From: Candidatus Woesearchaeota archaeon
Lineage (GTDB): Archaea > Nanobdellota > Nanobdellia > Woesearchaeales > GW2011-AR9
Assembly (NCBI GenBank): GCA_018696595.1
Contig: JABHQW010000008.1
Location: 288,001-352,000, forward strand
Direction of reading: 5' to 3'
DNA length: 64,000 nucleotides
Shown: piece by piece, positions 28,055 to 37,434 of the stretch
Layout: every line of letters starts with the position of its first letter
Numbering within the stretch: the first letter of the stretch is position 1
Translations under genes and position numbers: made by a program
The notes under the pieces: model-generated
What the model was told of the DNA's origin: nothing
Databases searched by the model: none
What the model saw: the letters and a program-made list of their open reading frames with translations, nothing else

Positions 28055-29110
28055 CTACCACTCTAATTTGTAACGTAGAATTGCGGCAATTCCCCCTAGG
28101 CCGTCTAACTTTTGCCCGGTTTCTTGTTTAGAAGAAAGAATGTTAATTTGTCCTTTTAGTACATCAATCTGTTTCATCAACTTGTCTAGTTCTATGTAAT
28201 GGCCTTCTTCTCTCTTTTGTTGAATGAAATCATCTGTTAACAATAATTTACTAACCGCTCCTGCATCAATTGCTTTTTTTACTTCTCCCCAAGCATATAC
28301 TGCCAGTCCATTTTTGTTGATTTCGCTTAACAGTTCATCCATTAATATTTTTTCTGTTCTTGCCCTAGAAGATTGTAATGTTTTTTCTAATTCTTTACTT
28401 CCTAACACTTCGTCAATAGATCTTTCACTAACATCAGAACAATTAACCAAAACTATTTTCTTTTTTACTTCTGGATCAGAAATTTTCTTTAACAAATTTT
28501 CTTTCCAAAAAGCAGGAGAGGCAAGAATTATTTTTTCTGGCAAATGCCTTTCATTGTAAGTATTAATTGTTTTAATAATTTCTTGTTGAAAATCTGTTTT
28601 GATTTCTACGGTCTTGGCTTTTTTAGGAACGTCACCTTTTATTTTTAGAATAACTTGGTAGCCAAACTTTTTAGTTAATGCAAACAATGATTCCTCCCGG
28701 TCAAAAATTATAATTAAGAAATTATGTTTCTTTTGAGCAGATTCTTCCAACTTTTGTTTTTGAAATTCCATCCAGCCAACTTTTTCTAAAACAAATTCGC
28801 TACCTTCCTCTAAAGGAATTGCTTGATAACTATCTTTTGGAACTTCCTCTGGCCCTTCCTTAATTTTACCGTTAACTCTTAAAATGTCTCCCGACTGATC
28901 AAAATCTATGGTTTCTGCTTCGATTTTTAAGAAATAAGTTTTTTTAACAGTTTTAGCATTATCTCCATCACCAATTTTAATTTTTCTAGTAGTTTTCCCT
29001 TTAACAAAATCTCCCGGATCAATCAAATGGCTTAGGTACCATAAGTCTTCAGGATCTGTTATTCTTAGTTTTACGTCTCCTTTCTTAAAATCTGCATGGA
29101 TTATGTTCAT
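28055..29110 (-). CDS. pelA: mRNA surveillance protein pelota (Dom34)
   Basis: DLWYLSHLI.PGD, LRVNGKI, ILASPAFWK, LDGLGGIAAILRY. Confidence 0.96.
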   Translation of the reverse strand: MNIIHADFKKGDVKLRITDPEDLWYLSHLIDPGDFVKGKTTRKIKIGDGDNAKTVKKTYFLKIEAETIDFDQSGDILRVNGKIKEGPEEVPKDSYQAIPLEEGSEFVLEKVGWMEFQKQKLEESAQKKHNFLIIIFDREESLFALTKKFGYQVILKIKGDVPKKAKTVEIKTDFQQEIIKTINTYNERHLPEKIILASPAFWKENLLKKISDPEVKKKIVLVNCSDVSERSIDEVLGSKELEKTLQSSRARTEKILMDELLSEINKNGLAVYAWGEVKKAIDAGAVSKLLLTDDFIQQKREEGHYIELDKLMKQIDVLKGQINILSSKQETGQKLDGLGGIAAILRYKLEW

Positions 29111-29217
29111 GTTGGTAAGAAAAAGGTTAAGATATAATAAGTTTTGTGTTTGTGCTTAATCAACCCCTTTACAAAACAGAATACTTTATATATAAAAAGT
29201 ATTTCTTTTATAGTAAA

Positions 29218-30429
29218 ATGGTTACACTAAATAAAAGAGGTCAAGCTGCTGGCGCAGCTGTTTTTCTGGCAGTAGTTGCCGGTTTACTAATTGGATTTAT
29301 TATTTTAATTCCTCCCGCTGAGAGGGCAGAACTTTTAGGAGAAGATATTGATGTTATTGATAATAGTGATTCTAGCAGTTCTGATGACGAAATAGAAGAA
29401 GCAGTTCCAGAAGCTAATCTGTTAACTGTTTCTCCAGGAAGAATTGATTATCTTTCGCAGAAAGAGATAGAACATCCCTTGCCCGTTGTCAATATTTATA
29501 CTAAAACTGAAAGTAAGATTCTAGCACAAAAAAATGTTGCTTATGCTAAAAATGGTGCATTTTCTAATGAACAAGGCGTGTTTAAGTTTAATGTTCCCGA
29601 TTTAGACAATACTCAAGATTTCTTGCTAAATTTTAAAGTAAATGAGATTAAAGGAGACTTAACTGTTGATTTAAATGGTGAAAGTGTTTACAAATCTGCA
29701 GTTACTAGTGGTGAATCCTTAACAGTAAGTTTTCCTGAAAACTTAATTCAAGAAGAAAATGAACTTATTTTTAGTGCTTCTTCAATCGGGGTTGCATTTT
29801 GGGCAACTAACGAAGTTAATTTAGAAGGACTTAAAGTTGTAGCTGATGTGACTAGTGTTGAAGCACAATCTTCAAAAAATATTTTCTTAGTTTCTGAAGT
29901 TGAGAAAAAGAATCTTGAAAAAGTTGTATTAAGATTTCAACCTGAATGTCAGTACACTGAAGTTGGTAAGTTAGAAATTCTGATTAACGGCAAAGAAATT
30001 TACTCTGCGGTTCCCGATTGTGAATTAGCAATGATTCCGATTGAGTTTTCTTCAGATATGGTTTTCCAAGGAGAGAACGAGATTATCTTTAGAACAAACA
30101 GCGGAACTTATATCTTATCGCATGTAACAATTGAATCTGAATTGAAAGAATTAGAATATCCAACATATTATTTCGATGTTTCTTACGAACAGTATGAAGA
30201 TGTAATGTCTGAAAAGAGAAGAATTCGATTAGAAATGGAATTTGTTGATGTTGTTGTAAGTAAATATGGTGAAGTTGTTTTCAATGGTCACACTAAACAT
30301 TTTGATACTAAAGAAGTTGATTATGTGATTGATCTGAGTGATGATTTAGTACAAGGAACAAATGCATTGAAAGTCAAACCAAAGAAGACGTTAGACATGA
30401 GAGAAATTAAGATTGATTTGGTAAAGTAA
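29218..30429 (+). CDS. Surface protein with class III (pilin-like) signal KRGQ and repeated beta-sandwich units
   Basis: MVTLNKRGQ followed by a hydrophobic helix; three G/E-x-N-x-(L/I)-x-(F/V) repeats (EENELIF, GENEIIF, GTNALKV). Start moved to 29218. Confidence 0.6.
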   Translation: MVTLNKRGQAAGAAVFLAVVAGLLIGFIILIPPAERAELLGEDIDVIDNSDSSSSDDEIEEAVPEANLLTVSPGRIDYLSQKEIEHPLPVVNIYTKTESKILAQKNVAYAKNGAFSNEQGVFKFNVPDLDNTQDFLLNFKVNEIKGDLTVDLNGESVYKSAVTSGESLTVSFPENLIQEENELIFSASSIGVAFWATNEVNLEGLKVVADVTSVEAQSSKNIFLVSEVEKKNLEKVVLRFQPECQYTEVGKLEILINGKEIYSAVPDCELAMIPIEFSSDMVFQGENEIIFRTNSGTYILSHVTIESELKELEYPTYYFDVSYEQYEDVMSEKRRIRLEMEFVDVVVSKYGEVVFNGHTKHFDTKEVDYVIDLSDDLVQGTNALKVKPKKTLDMREIKIDLVK

Positions 30430-30477
30430 AATTTTTTATTTTATTTTTTTATTTATAATTTAACAAAAAAGAGGTTA

Positions 30478-32442
30478 ATGATGGGAAAAGCAGCGGCGAT
30501 AGGTGGAGCATTAAAGAGCGCAGGGTCTAAAGTTACTCCTGGATTAACAGGTGCTGGTGCCGGTGCAACAGCTGTAGCAACACAAAGTGCAGCTAAGTCT
30601 TTCAGAAACAAAGGTTTCCCATTGTTTTTAGCAGCAGTAATTATTTTTATCATTTCACAGGTTCTTGGTCTTTCCGACTTTTATGGTTATGCTTCAGTAT
30701 TGTTTATGGTCTATTGTGCATATGCTGTTTTTGAAGGACGGGGCGCGTACATCGTAACTATTTTTTGTGTTTGGTATTTCTTATTAGGGAGAGCTAGCTT
30801 AGAAAGTGTTTTATACTATGTTGTGCCAATTGCTTTAATTGGTTCAATAATTCACGGGTTATTGGGAAAATTTAAAAGCAAAGATACTTTTGCTCATGGT
30901 TTTACTGAAGAGATTCTTTACGGTCTTGGCGCAATATTAATTTTCTTTCTGGATATTGGTCTGGTTGAAATGGTCTCTCAAGGAGTCGTAAATTTACCTT
31001 ACATTCTTACTGAAATCTTAAGGTTAATTCCTTTGTGGGGGTATGTGGGTTTGTTTGTGATGATTCAAGACGAAGAGAAAGGAGAAAAAAGTTTCTTTAT
31101 TACAGTCGCAAAGTGGCTTGGGATTGCATACCTCGTTTCTATTATTATCTTCGCTTCTAGTATTGCTTCAGGGGCTGAAGGGGAAGAATTACTTCCAGGT
31201 ATAGAACAATTTATTGAGGCAAAGGAAACTGCTCAAGGTAAATTTGCGAAGACAGAGAACCCTGCTTATTCTAACCTTAAATGTGTGGTCCAAGGAAGAT
31301 TTAACGATCTGCCGGTTTGTATAAAAGATCGTCAAGATGATTCTAAAAGAAAAGTGGCTTGTGAAGCAGAAGGTTTCCCAGAAGGAACTACTAGTTTTAA
31401 TGAATGTACTGCCGAGTTAAAAGAACTTGATAATAAGAATATCAATGTTGTTGGTTTTAACGATAAAACAATTAAAGAACCAATTACTGCAGAATTAATT
31501 CCTAAAGAGGCAAAGAAGTACGATTTACTTCACGAGAAAGGACAAGCAATTAAAATTCCAATAGATTTGGAAATAAAGAATCCTCGTTTAGATCCATTTG
31601 AAGTTTATGTTTCATGTAACATTACCACCCAGAGAAGGAAAACTTCTATTGGCGAAGCAGAAATTGTGGGCTTTGAAAATAAGGGGGAAAATAATGAGAA
31701 AGGAAGCAAATGGAAACATTTTACCATTTATAAAACAGAATCATCTATTCCTTTAATTTGTCAACCTACTAAGTTAGATTACGAATTAAATGAAGAAACG
31801 AGAATATTTAATGGTTCTTATAATGTTGTTTTTTATGTTGAATTTAAAGGAGTAAACACAACTTCTAGATTAGAAAGAAGTTTTTTCAATGACTTAAAGA
31901 TTTACGATGAAATTAATAAAATTAAAGACTTAACATCTGAACAAGAACAAGAATTAAGGGGAAAAGCCAGAAAAGATTTTGAAGAAGAGATGAAAGAATT
32001 CCTTAACCTTAAATATTCTTCAATAGAAAGTCGTCATTCTACTGGTCCTGAAGATTTCGCTAGAATCGATTTTTCTTTTGGTCCTTCAGAAGGAGAACCG
32101 ATTATTGAAACTTCAGATTCCATTTCTTTTGAAGCAGATGTGGATAATTTAGGTAATGGAAAAATAACAAACATCAATAGTTATAATTTTATTGGTTTTA
32201 ATGGGGTGACTTTTTCTGGTTCTGGTTGTAGTCTAAGTGGATCTTTAAATGTCCCTCAGAAATTTATGAAATCTTCAGGAATCCCCATACATCTCTGTTG
32301 GGTTGACAATCTTCCTGAAGAAATGGCTAACCCTGCTTTGGGAGACGAAACAGTTGAATTCCGAGCAGAATTGGAGTACGATTACTTAATTGAAAGAGAA
32401 GTGGGAATAACTGCGGGAGTGATTGATGATAAAAGCAAATAA
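30478..32442 (+). CDS. Polytopic membrane protein with large Cys-containing extracellular C-terminal region
   Basis: Several TM helices then a soluble region ending VDNLGNGKI...AELEYDY, resembling the adjacent lipoprotein family. Confidence 0.65.
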   Translation: MMGKAAAIGGALKSAGSKVTPGLTGAGAGATAVATQSAAKSFRNKGFPLFLAAVIIFIISQVLGLSDFYGYASVLFMVYCAYAVFEGRGAYIVTIFCVWYFLLGRASLESVLYYVVPIALIGSIIHGLLGKFKSKDTFAHGFTEEILYGLGAILIFFLDIGLVEMVSQGVVNLPYILTEILRLIPLWGYVGLFVMIQDEEKGEKSFFITVAKWLGIAYLVSIIIFASSIASGAEGEELLPGIEQFIEAKETAQGKFAKTENPAYSNLKCVVQGRFNDLPVCIKDRQDDSKRKVACEAEGFPEGTTSFNECTAELKELDNKNINVVGFNDKTIKEPITAELIPKEAKKYDLLHEKGQAIKIPIDLEIKNPRLDPFEVYVSCNITTQRRKTSIGEAEIVGFENKGENNEKGSKWKHFTIYKTESSIPLICQPTKLDYELNEETRIFNGSYNVVFYVEFKGVNTTSRLERSFFNDLKIYDEINKIKDLTSEQEQELRGKARKDFEEEMKEFLNLKYSSIESRHSTGPEDFARIDFSFGPSEGEPIIETSDSISFEADVDNLGNGKITNINSYNFIGFNGVTFSGSGCSLSGSLNVPQKFMKSSGIPIHLCWVDNLPEEMANPALGDETVEFRAELEYDYLIEREVGITAGVIDDKSK

Positions 32443-33295
32443 AATTATTGGGATTGTACTTCTTTCCTTATTTCTATTAGGTTGTGGTTCTGGTGGTGGA
32501 ACAAAACAAATAGATTATAATTTTAAGCAAGGCACTTCTGGATTACAAGTAAGTTTTATGGATAATGCTCCTCCAAAAAAGATTTACGAAAACTCTAATT
32601 TTAATGTTATTCTTAAAATGGAGAATAAAGCTGCTTATGATTTGGTTAATGGCCAAATAACTTTATCTGGGATTAATCCTCAATATTTTGTTTTTGAAAA
32701 AAAGACTGAAACCTTTTCTATTTTAGAAGGACGGAACTTATATCTTCCAGATGGAGGGGTCTCTTATATTGAATTTCCTGCAAAATCCGAGAAATTATTT
32801 TTAAATGCAGAAAGTTATCAAGGAAAGTATTTTCTAAACATTGATTTTGATTCAACAATGGAATTTGTTGATACTATTTGCATTAATCCCAACTTATATT
32901 CAGTATACGATGCAGGGTGTCAAATTGAAGATCGAAAATCTTATTCTGGTCAAGGTGCTCCTCTTGCAGTTGTTGAAGTTGAAGAAATAATTCATCCTGA
33001 AACTGTTGGTGGGCAAGTCGAGTTTAGATTTTTGTTAAGAAATAGAGGCCAAGGAGAAGTTGAATATATTGAACTAACTAAGGCTATGCTCGGTAGCAGT
33101 GAATTTGATGAATGTAAGTTTAAAGAAGGATACTTTGATAGTAAAAAAGTATTACTGACAAAACAGAACCAAGAAGCATTATTAGTTTGTAAAACACATT
33201 TAAAAGAACAGGGTTCTTATACTACAACTGTATTGCTTGATTTTAATTATCATTATGAAATGCAAGAAGTTCATAATCTAATGCTTTATGAATAA
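32423..33295 (+). CDS. Putative lipoprotein (lipobox LLGC), uncharacterised surface family
   Basis: Signal peptide ending LLGC; GTSGLQVSF..NAPP, ICINP, GAPLAV, LRNRGQG, LDFNYHY. Confidence 0.7.
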   Translation: MMIKANKIIGIVLLSLFLLGCGSGGGTKQIDYNFKQGTSGLQVSFMDNAPPKKIYENSNFNVILKMENKAAYDLVNGQITLSGINPQYFVFEKKTETFSILEGRNLYLPDGGVSYIEFPAKSEKLFLNAESYQGKYFLNIDFDSTMEFVDTICINPNLYSVYDAGCQIEDRKSYSGQGAPLAVVEVEEIIHPETVGGQVEFRFLLRNRGQGEVEYIELTKAMLGSSEFDECKFKEGYFDSKKVLLTKQNQEALLVCKTHLKEQGSYTTTVLLDFNYHYEMQEVHNLMLYE

Positions 33296-33350
33296 TTTTT
33301 AGTTCTCTAGAATCAGAAAGAATTTAAATGATTACTTTTTCTGAGATGGG

Positions 33351-33857
33351 ATGGTGATGGGGAAAACAACATTCTTAGTAGTTTTATTGTTATCATTCAG
33401 TTTTGTGCAAGCTGGATTTTATGATGGTTTCTTTGATCGGTTTGATGATCCTACATTAAATGTTAAATTGGAACAGCAACTATTATTTTCTTCTCCATTT
33501 GATTCTCTTGATGTTCCTGTTGTTGCTGAGAAAGTCGTAGTTCCGGTTACTAAGAAAATTATTGTTCCAGTTACTAAAGTGAAAAAGGTAGAAATAACAC
33601 TTCCCCCTATCATTAAAATAACTGATTCTGGGTTTGAACCAAAAGAAGTTAAGATTCAGAAAGGTCAGACTGTTGTCTGGAAAAATGAAAGGAAGAGGGT
33701 TAATTCTTTGGTTTACGGTTTAAGAGAGATTGTTGACATGAAAAGCGAATTTATTCAACCAGGGGATGATTTCAGTTGGACTTTTGAAGAGAAAGGAGAG
33801 TTCACTTATATTGATGCAGTAGTTATCGGTAGGGTTGGCAAGGTTATTGTTGAATAG
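33351..33857 (+). CDS. Secreted cupredoxin-fold protein lacking copper ligands
   Basis: IKITDSGFEPKEVKIQKGQTVVWKN...IQPGDDFSWTFEEKGEFTY; contains no Cys or His. Confidence 0.7.
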   Translation: MVMGKTTFLVVLLLSFSFVQAGFYDGFFDRFDDPTLNVKLEQQLLFSSPFDSLDVPVVAEKVVVPVTKKIIVPVTKVKKVEITLPPIIKITDSGFEPKEVKIQKGQTVVWKNERKRVNSLVYGLREIVDMKSEFIQPGDDFSWTFEEKGEFTYIDAVVIGRVGKVIVE

Positions 33858-33897
33858 AATCACAATTATTTTAAACTCTAACTAATTCTTAACAAAC

Positions 33898-34842
33898 ATG
33901 AAAATCGCAATCTTAGGTGGGGGAAGTTGGGGTACAGCTTTAGCAGTACACTTAGCTAAAAATGATAATGGTATTAAAGTCTGGGAATTCTTTGAAGAAC
34001 AGGCTAAAGAAATGCAAGAAGGAAGAGTTTGCAAATTACTCCCAGAAGCAAAGTTGCCAGAGAACATCTTTGTTTCTCATAAAATTGAAGAAGTGTTATC
34101 TGATTTTGAATTATTGTTATTAGTGGTTCCTTCAAATCATGTTGAGAAAACAATTGAACAAGCTAAAGAGTTTATTCAAGAACAAGCAGTAATTATTTGT
34201 TCAAAAGGATTTGGTTCAGATTTAAAATTCTTAAGTGATGTTGTCAAAGAAAAAATTTCTGGAGAAGTTTATTGTTTATATGGTCCAACTCATGCGGAAG
34301 AAGTTTGTAAAGACATGTATTCTGGAATTGTGTTGGCTGGTGGAAAAGGTAAAGAAGGACTTCAGAAAGTTATTGCATCTGACAGTTTGAAAGTAGATTT
34401 AACTGATGATCTAATTGGCGTGCAAGTTGCTGCTGCTTTGAAAAATATTTTAGCAGTATTTGTTGGCGTACTTGACGGCATGGGTTTAGGAGATAACGCT
34501 AAGGCTTACATCATGACTCGTGGCTTGCAAGAGATTAAGGATGTTGGTGTTGCTCTAGGAGCGAAAGAAGAAACGTTCTACGGTCTTGCAGGCATTGGTG
34601 ACATGATTGTAACATCTACAAGTCCACATTCTAGAAATAGGTCTGTGGGGGTAGAAGTTGGTAAAGGTCGTAAATTACAAGAAGTAATCGATGAAATGGC
34701 AATGGTTGCAGAAGGAGTAACAACGTTGAAAGAAGCCATTGGTCTGAAAGAGAAGACGGGATTGGAATTACCTTTGATTTCTGGTTTGTATGAAATTTTG
34801 TTTGAAGGAAAAGATCCGCAGGAAATACTGAAAGGAATTTGA
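33898..34842 (+). CDS. gpsA: NAD(P)H-dependent glycerol-3-phosphate dehydrogenase
   Basis: GGGSWGTALA, CSKG, GPTHAEEV, AALKNI, LAGIGDMIVT..S.HSRN, AEG. Confidence 0.95.
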   Translation: MKIAILGGGSWGTALAVHLAKNDNGIKVWEFFEEQAKEMQEGRVCKLLPEAKLPENIFVSHKIEEVLSDFELLLLVVPSNHVEKTIEQAKEFIQEQAVIICSKGFGSDLKFLSDVVKEKISGEVYCLYGPTHAEEVCKDMYSGIVLAGGKGKEGLQKVIASDSLKVDLTDDLIGVQVAAALKNILAVFVGVLDGMGLGDNAKAYIMTRGLQEIKDVGVALGAKEETFYGLAGIGDMIVTSTSPHSRNRSVGVEVGKGRKLQEVIDEMAMVAEGVTTLKEAIGLKEKTGLELPLISGLYEILFEGKDPQEILKGI

Positions 34843-34844
34843 GT

Positions 34845-35129
34845 TTATTCCTCTTTCAAAGCTGCTTCTAATTTCTTTTCTTCAAAGCCAACAACTACAT
34901 TTTCTTTAACCAATGTTTTTATGATTTCTCCATCTTCTTCTTTCTCTTCAAAGAATTTGACAATAGTTACAGGTGTAGCCATTTGATGAGATTTTTCAAT
35001 CATTTCATCTCTAGCAGAATCACTTTCAGTAAGATCATGTTCGATAAAAGAAATCTTTTTCTTTTTCATCCATGTTTTTAATTTTTCGCACCAAGCGCAC
35101 GTTGGTATTGAATAAACATTAACTTCCAT
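34845..35129 (-). CDS. Glutaredoxin / NrdH-like redoxin
   Basis: VYSIPTCAWC, TP, VVGFE. Likely start MEVNVY at 35129. Confidence 0.85.
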   Translation of the reverse strand: MEVNVYSIPTCAWCEKLKTWMKKKKISFIEHDLTESDSARDEMIEKSHQMATPVTIVKFFEEKEEDGEIIKTLVKENVVVGFEEKKLEAALKEE

Positions 35130-35204
35130 TTTTATAAACCTCAAATCGTTTTCTAACACTAAATAAAGATAACTTTTATATATAGTTTTTCTTTTATTTA
35201 GTTT

Positions 35205-35555
35205 ATGAATGATAAAATCTGGGCTACGATGAATGTTTCTCTAGTTTTGGTAGCATTGATTTTAACTTTAACTTTGTTTGAAGTAGAACTGCCTACGTTA
35301 GGGCAAGCGAAATATGCTTTAGACAAATCAGAACCTTTATGCATAGTTAATTGGCAAGATTCTTACAATGAATGGAATGATCTAGATTCTTGTTGTGTTG
35401 AAGCAAGGAAACAGTTAGATTGTTCTGAAGGAGAATGGTATTATCAAGACAAAACCGTAGAGTGGCAATGTAAAACCGGTTCTGGAAATGTATTAAAGTA
35501 CTGGTTGAATGATAAAGCTTACAATTATTGCAGACAATTGAATATTTGGAGATAA
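35205..35555 (+). CDS. Membrane-anchored Cys-rich hypothetical protein
   Basis: N-terminal TM helix; six Cys; abuts the GH3 gene. Confidence 0.6.
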   Translation: MNDKIWATMNVSLVLVALILTLTLFEVELPTLGQAKYALDKSEPLCIVNWQDSYNEWNDLDSCCVEARKQLDCSEGEWYYQDKTVEWQCKTGSGNVLKYWLNDKAYNYCRQLNIWR

Positions 35556-36656
35556 ATGGCTAAGAAAAAACAAAAAAAGAGTAGGTGGAGTTTACAGCAG
35601 AAAGTTTTCCTAGTTCTAATTATCATTGTTTTAACTTTAGGGAGTTTAAATGTTGCTAAAGCTAAAGGTTGGCTAATTCCTGAACAACCAGAAATCATAA
35701 TTGTCGATAATACTATTTTATTAGATTCATTAACTTTAGAACAAAAAATTGGTCAGATGGTTATTGTTCACGGAGGGTTATGGAATTTAAAACCATGGCA
35801 AGATATGCAACTTGGTGGCATACATCACTTCGCGATGCAAACTCCTGAATTATTTCAAGATATAACTGCAAAGTTTCAAGAAGATATGCAAATCCCATTC
35901 TTTGTTACTGCAGACTTAGAAGGTTGTTGGAGTCCTTTTTCTAATTTCAAACAGTTTGTTCCTGTTAATGAAATCAACACAACTGGTGAAGCTTTTGAGA
36001 AAGGTTCGATTGAAGGAAAATATTTGAAAGAACTTGGATTTAATTTTAATTTTGCTCCTGTTGTTGATTTAGATGACCAAATTTGGAACTGCCGTGCTTT
36101 CCTTGGCAATGAAACTCAAATAACTCAATTAGCAGAAGCTTATGCTATTGGATTACAAAACGAAGGTATTATTGCTACTGCAAAACATTATCCTGGAAAC
36201 ACTTTAGTGGCGAATGATCCACATAAAGGATTAGTTATAGCGGAGATTAGTTCAGAAGATCAATATCCTTACAATTACTTTTCGGAGAAAGGAAATATTC
36301 AAGCAGTTATGGTGACCCACATAATCGCTTTTGGTGAAGTAGATTCTAAGGGGGTCCCTTCTGTGGTTTCTGAAGAAGCTGTTGGACAACTTAAGGATGA
36401 ATATTCTGGGTTAATCGTTACTGATGATACAATGATGTTGGGGTTAAGAAATTTTTTCCCTTCCACCGAGGATATGTATGTTGCTGTGTTTAAGGCTGGG
36501 AATGATTTAATTATTAACTTTGATGAAGATCCCAATGAAATTAAACACATGATTGAAGTTGTTCAGGGGGCGGTTCTTGCTGGAGAAATTCCTCAAGAAC
36601 AAATTGATGATTCTGTAAAAAGAATTTTGGAAGCGAAAGGCTTTATTGTTGGGTAA
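35556..36656 (+). CDS. Membrane-anchored glycoside hydrolase family 3 (NagZ-like beta-N-acetylhexosaminidase)
   Basis: LEQKIGQM, ADLEG, NFNFAPVVD, AKHYPG....DPH, VMVTH, IVTDD..M. Confidence 0.85.
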   Translation: MAKKKQKKSRWSLQQKVFLVLIIIVLTLGSLNVAKAKGWLIPEQPEIIIVDNTILLDSLTLEQKIGQMVIVHGGLWNLKPWQDMQLGGIHHFAMQTPELFQDITAKFQEDMQIPFFVTADLEGCWSPFSNFKQFVPVNEINTTGEAFEKGSIEGKYLKELGFNFNFAPVVDLDDQIWNCRAFLGNETQITQLAEAYAIGLQNEGIIATAKHYPGNTLVANDPHKGLVIAEISSEDQYPYNYFSEKGNIQAVMVTHIIAFGEVDSKGVPSVVSEEAVGQLKDEYSGLIVTDDTMMLGLRNFFPSTEDMYVAVFKAGNDLIINFDEDPNEIKHMIEVVQGAVLAGEIPQEQIDDSVKRILEAKGFIVG

Positions 36657-36711
36657 AAATAGATGGTGTTTTTATATTATTTAGATTTGGTCTCTTTGGG
36701 TACCCTCATAT

Positions 36712-37434
36712 TCATTTCTTATTAGTTTTTAAGTGTAATGTTTTATTATCTATCTCTATTATTTCTTCTTGTTTTATTTTCTGCCATTCTATGTTTGGTA
36801 ATTGCGGCAATTCTTCTGAACTCACAATCAAAAAATCTTTTTTCTTTCCCATTTTCATTTGGTAATACTTTGGTTGGTTATTCTTTTTAATGAACACATA
36901 AGATTTATTTCTATTAGCTAGGATAAAATTTATTCCAGTGTAATTTTGATATTTGTTAAGATTATTTCTAATGGCTTCTATTATATTTTTTTCTTTTTTA
37001 TTCTCTGTTAGAATCGAACCAAACAAATGTTCGGAATCTGTGTCTCCTTTAACCGTAAATTTAGAATCATAATAAATTTTATCTCTAACAGTGCCATTAT
37101 GGCAGAAAATAAATTCATTAAGTTGGAATGGGTGTGTATTTTCCATCGAAATTTTCCCAATTGTCACTTTTCTAGCATGTAATATCACTAAATTTGTTTT
37201 TACGTTTCTGAATTTATTAACTTTGGGATCTTTGAAAATAGGTTTTGTTGATTTTTCTACTATCCACCTATTATTCTCTAAATAAGCAATCCCCCAACCT
37301 CCGTCATGTTTCCAGTTGCCATTCTTGTTTTGATTTCTTTCGTGTTTTTCATTTTCGTCATTGGCCATAGTGACCAAACCATCTAGAAGTAGATTAACAT
37401 TTACATTTCCAACCGCAATTAACATCCGACACAT
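36712..37434 (-). CDS. Class II glutamine amidotransferase (Ntn hydrolase; YafJ/EgtC-like)
   Basis: N-terminal MCRM, HDGGWG, HARK, NTHPF, HNG, TDSE. Confidence 0.92.
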   Translation of the reverse strand: MCRMLIAVGNVNVNLLLDGLVTMANDENEKHERNQNKNGNWKHDGGWGIAYLENNRWIVEKSTKPIFKDPKVNKFRNVKTNLVILHARKVTIGKISMENTHPFQLNEFIFCHNGTVRDKIYYDSKFTVKGDTDSEHLFGSILTENKKEKNIIEAIRNNLNKYQNYTGINFILANRNKSYVFIKKNNQPKYYQMKMGKKKDFLIVSSEELPQLPNIEWQKIKQEEIIEIDNKTLHLKTNKK

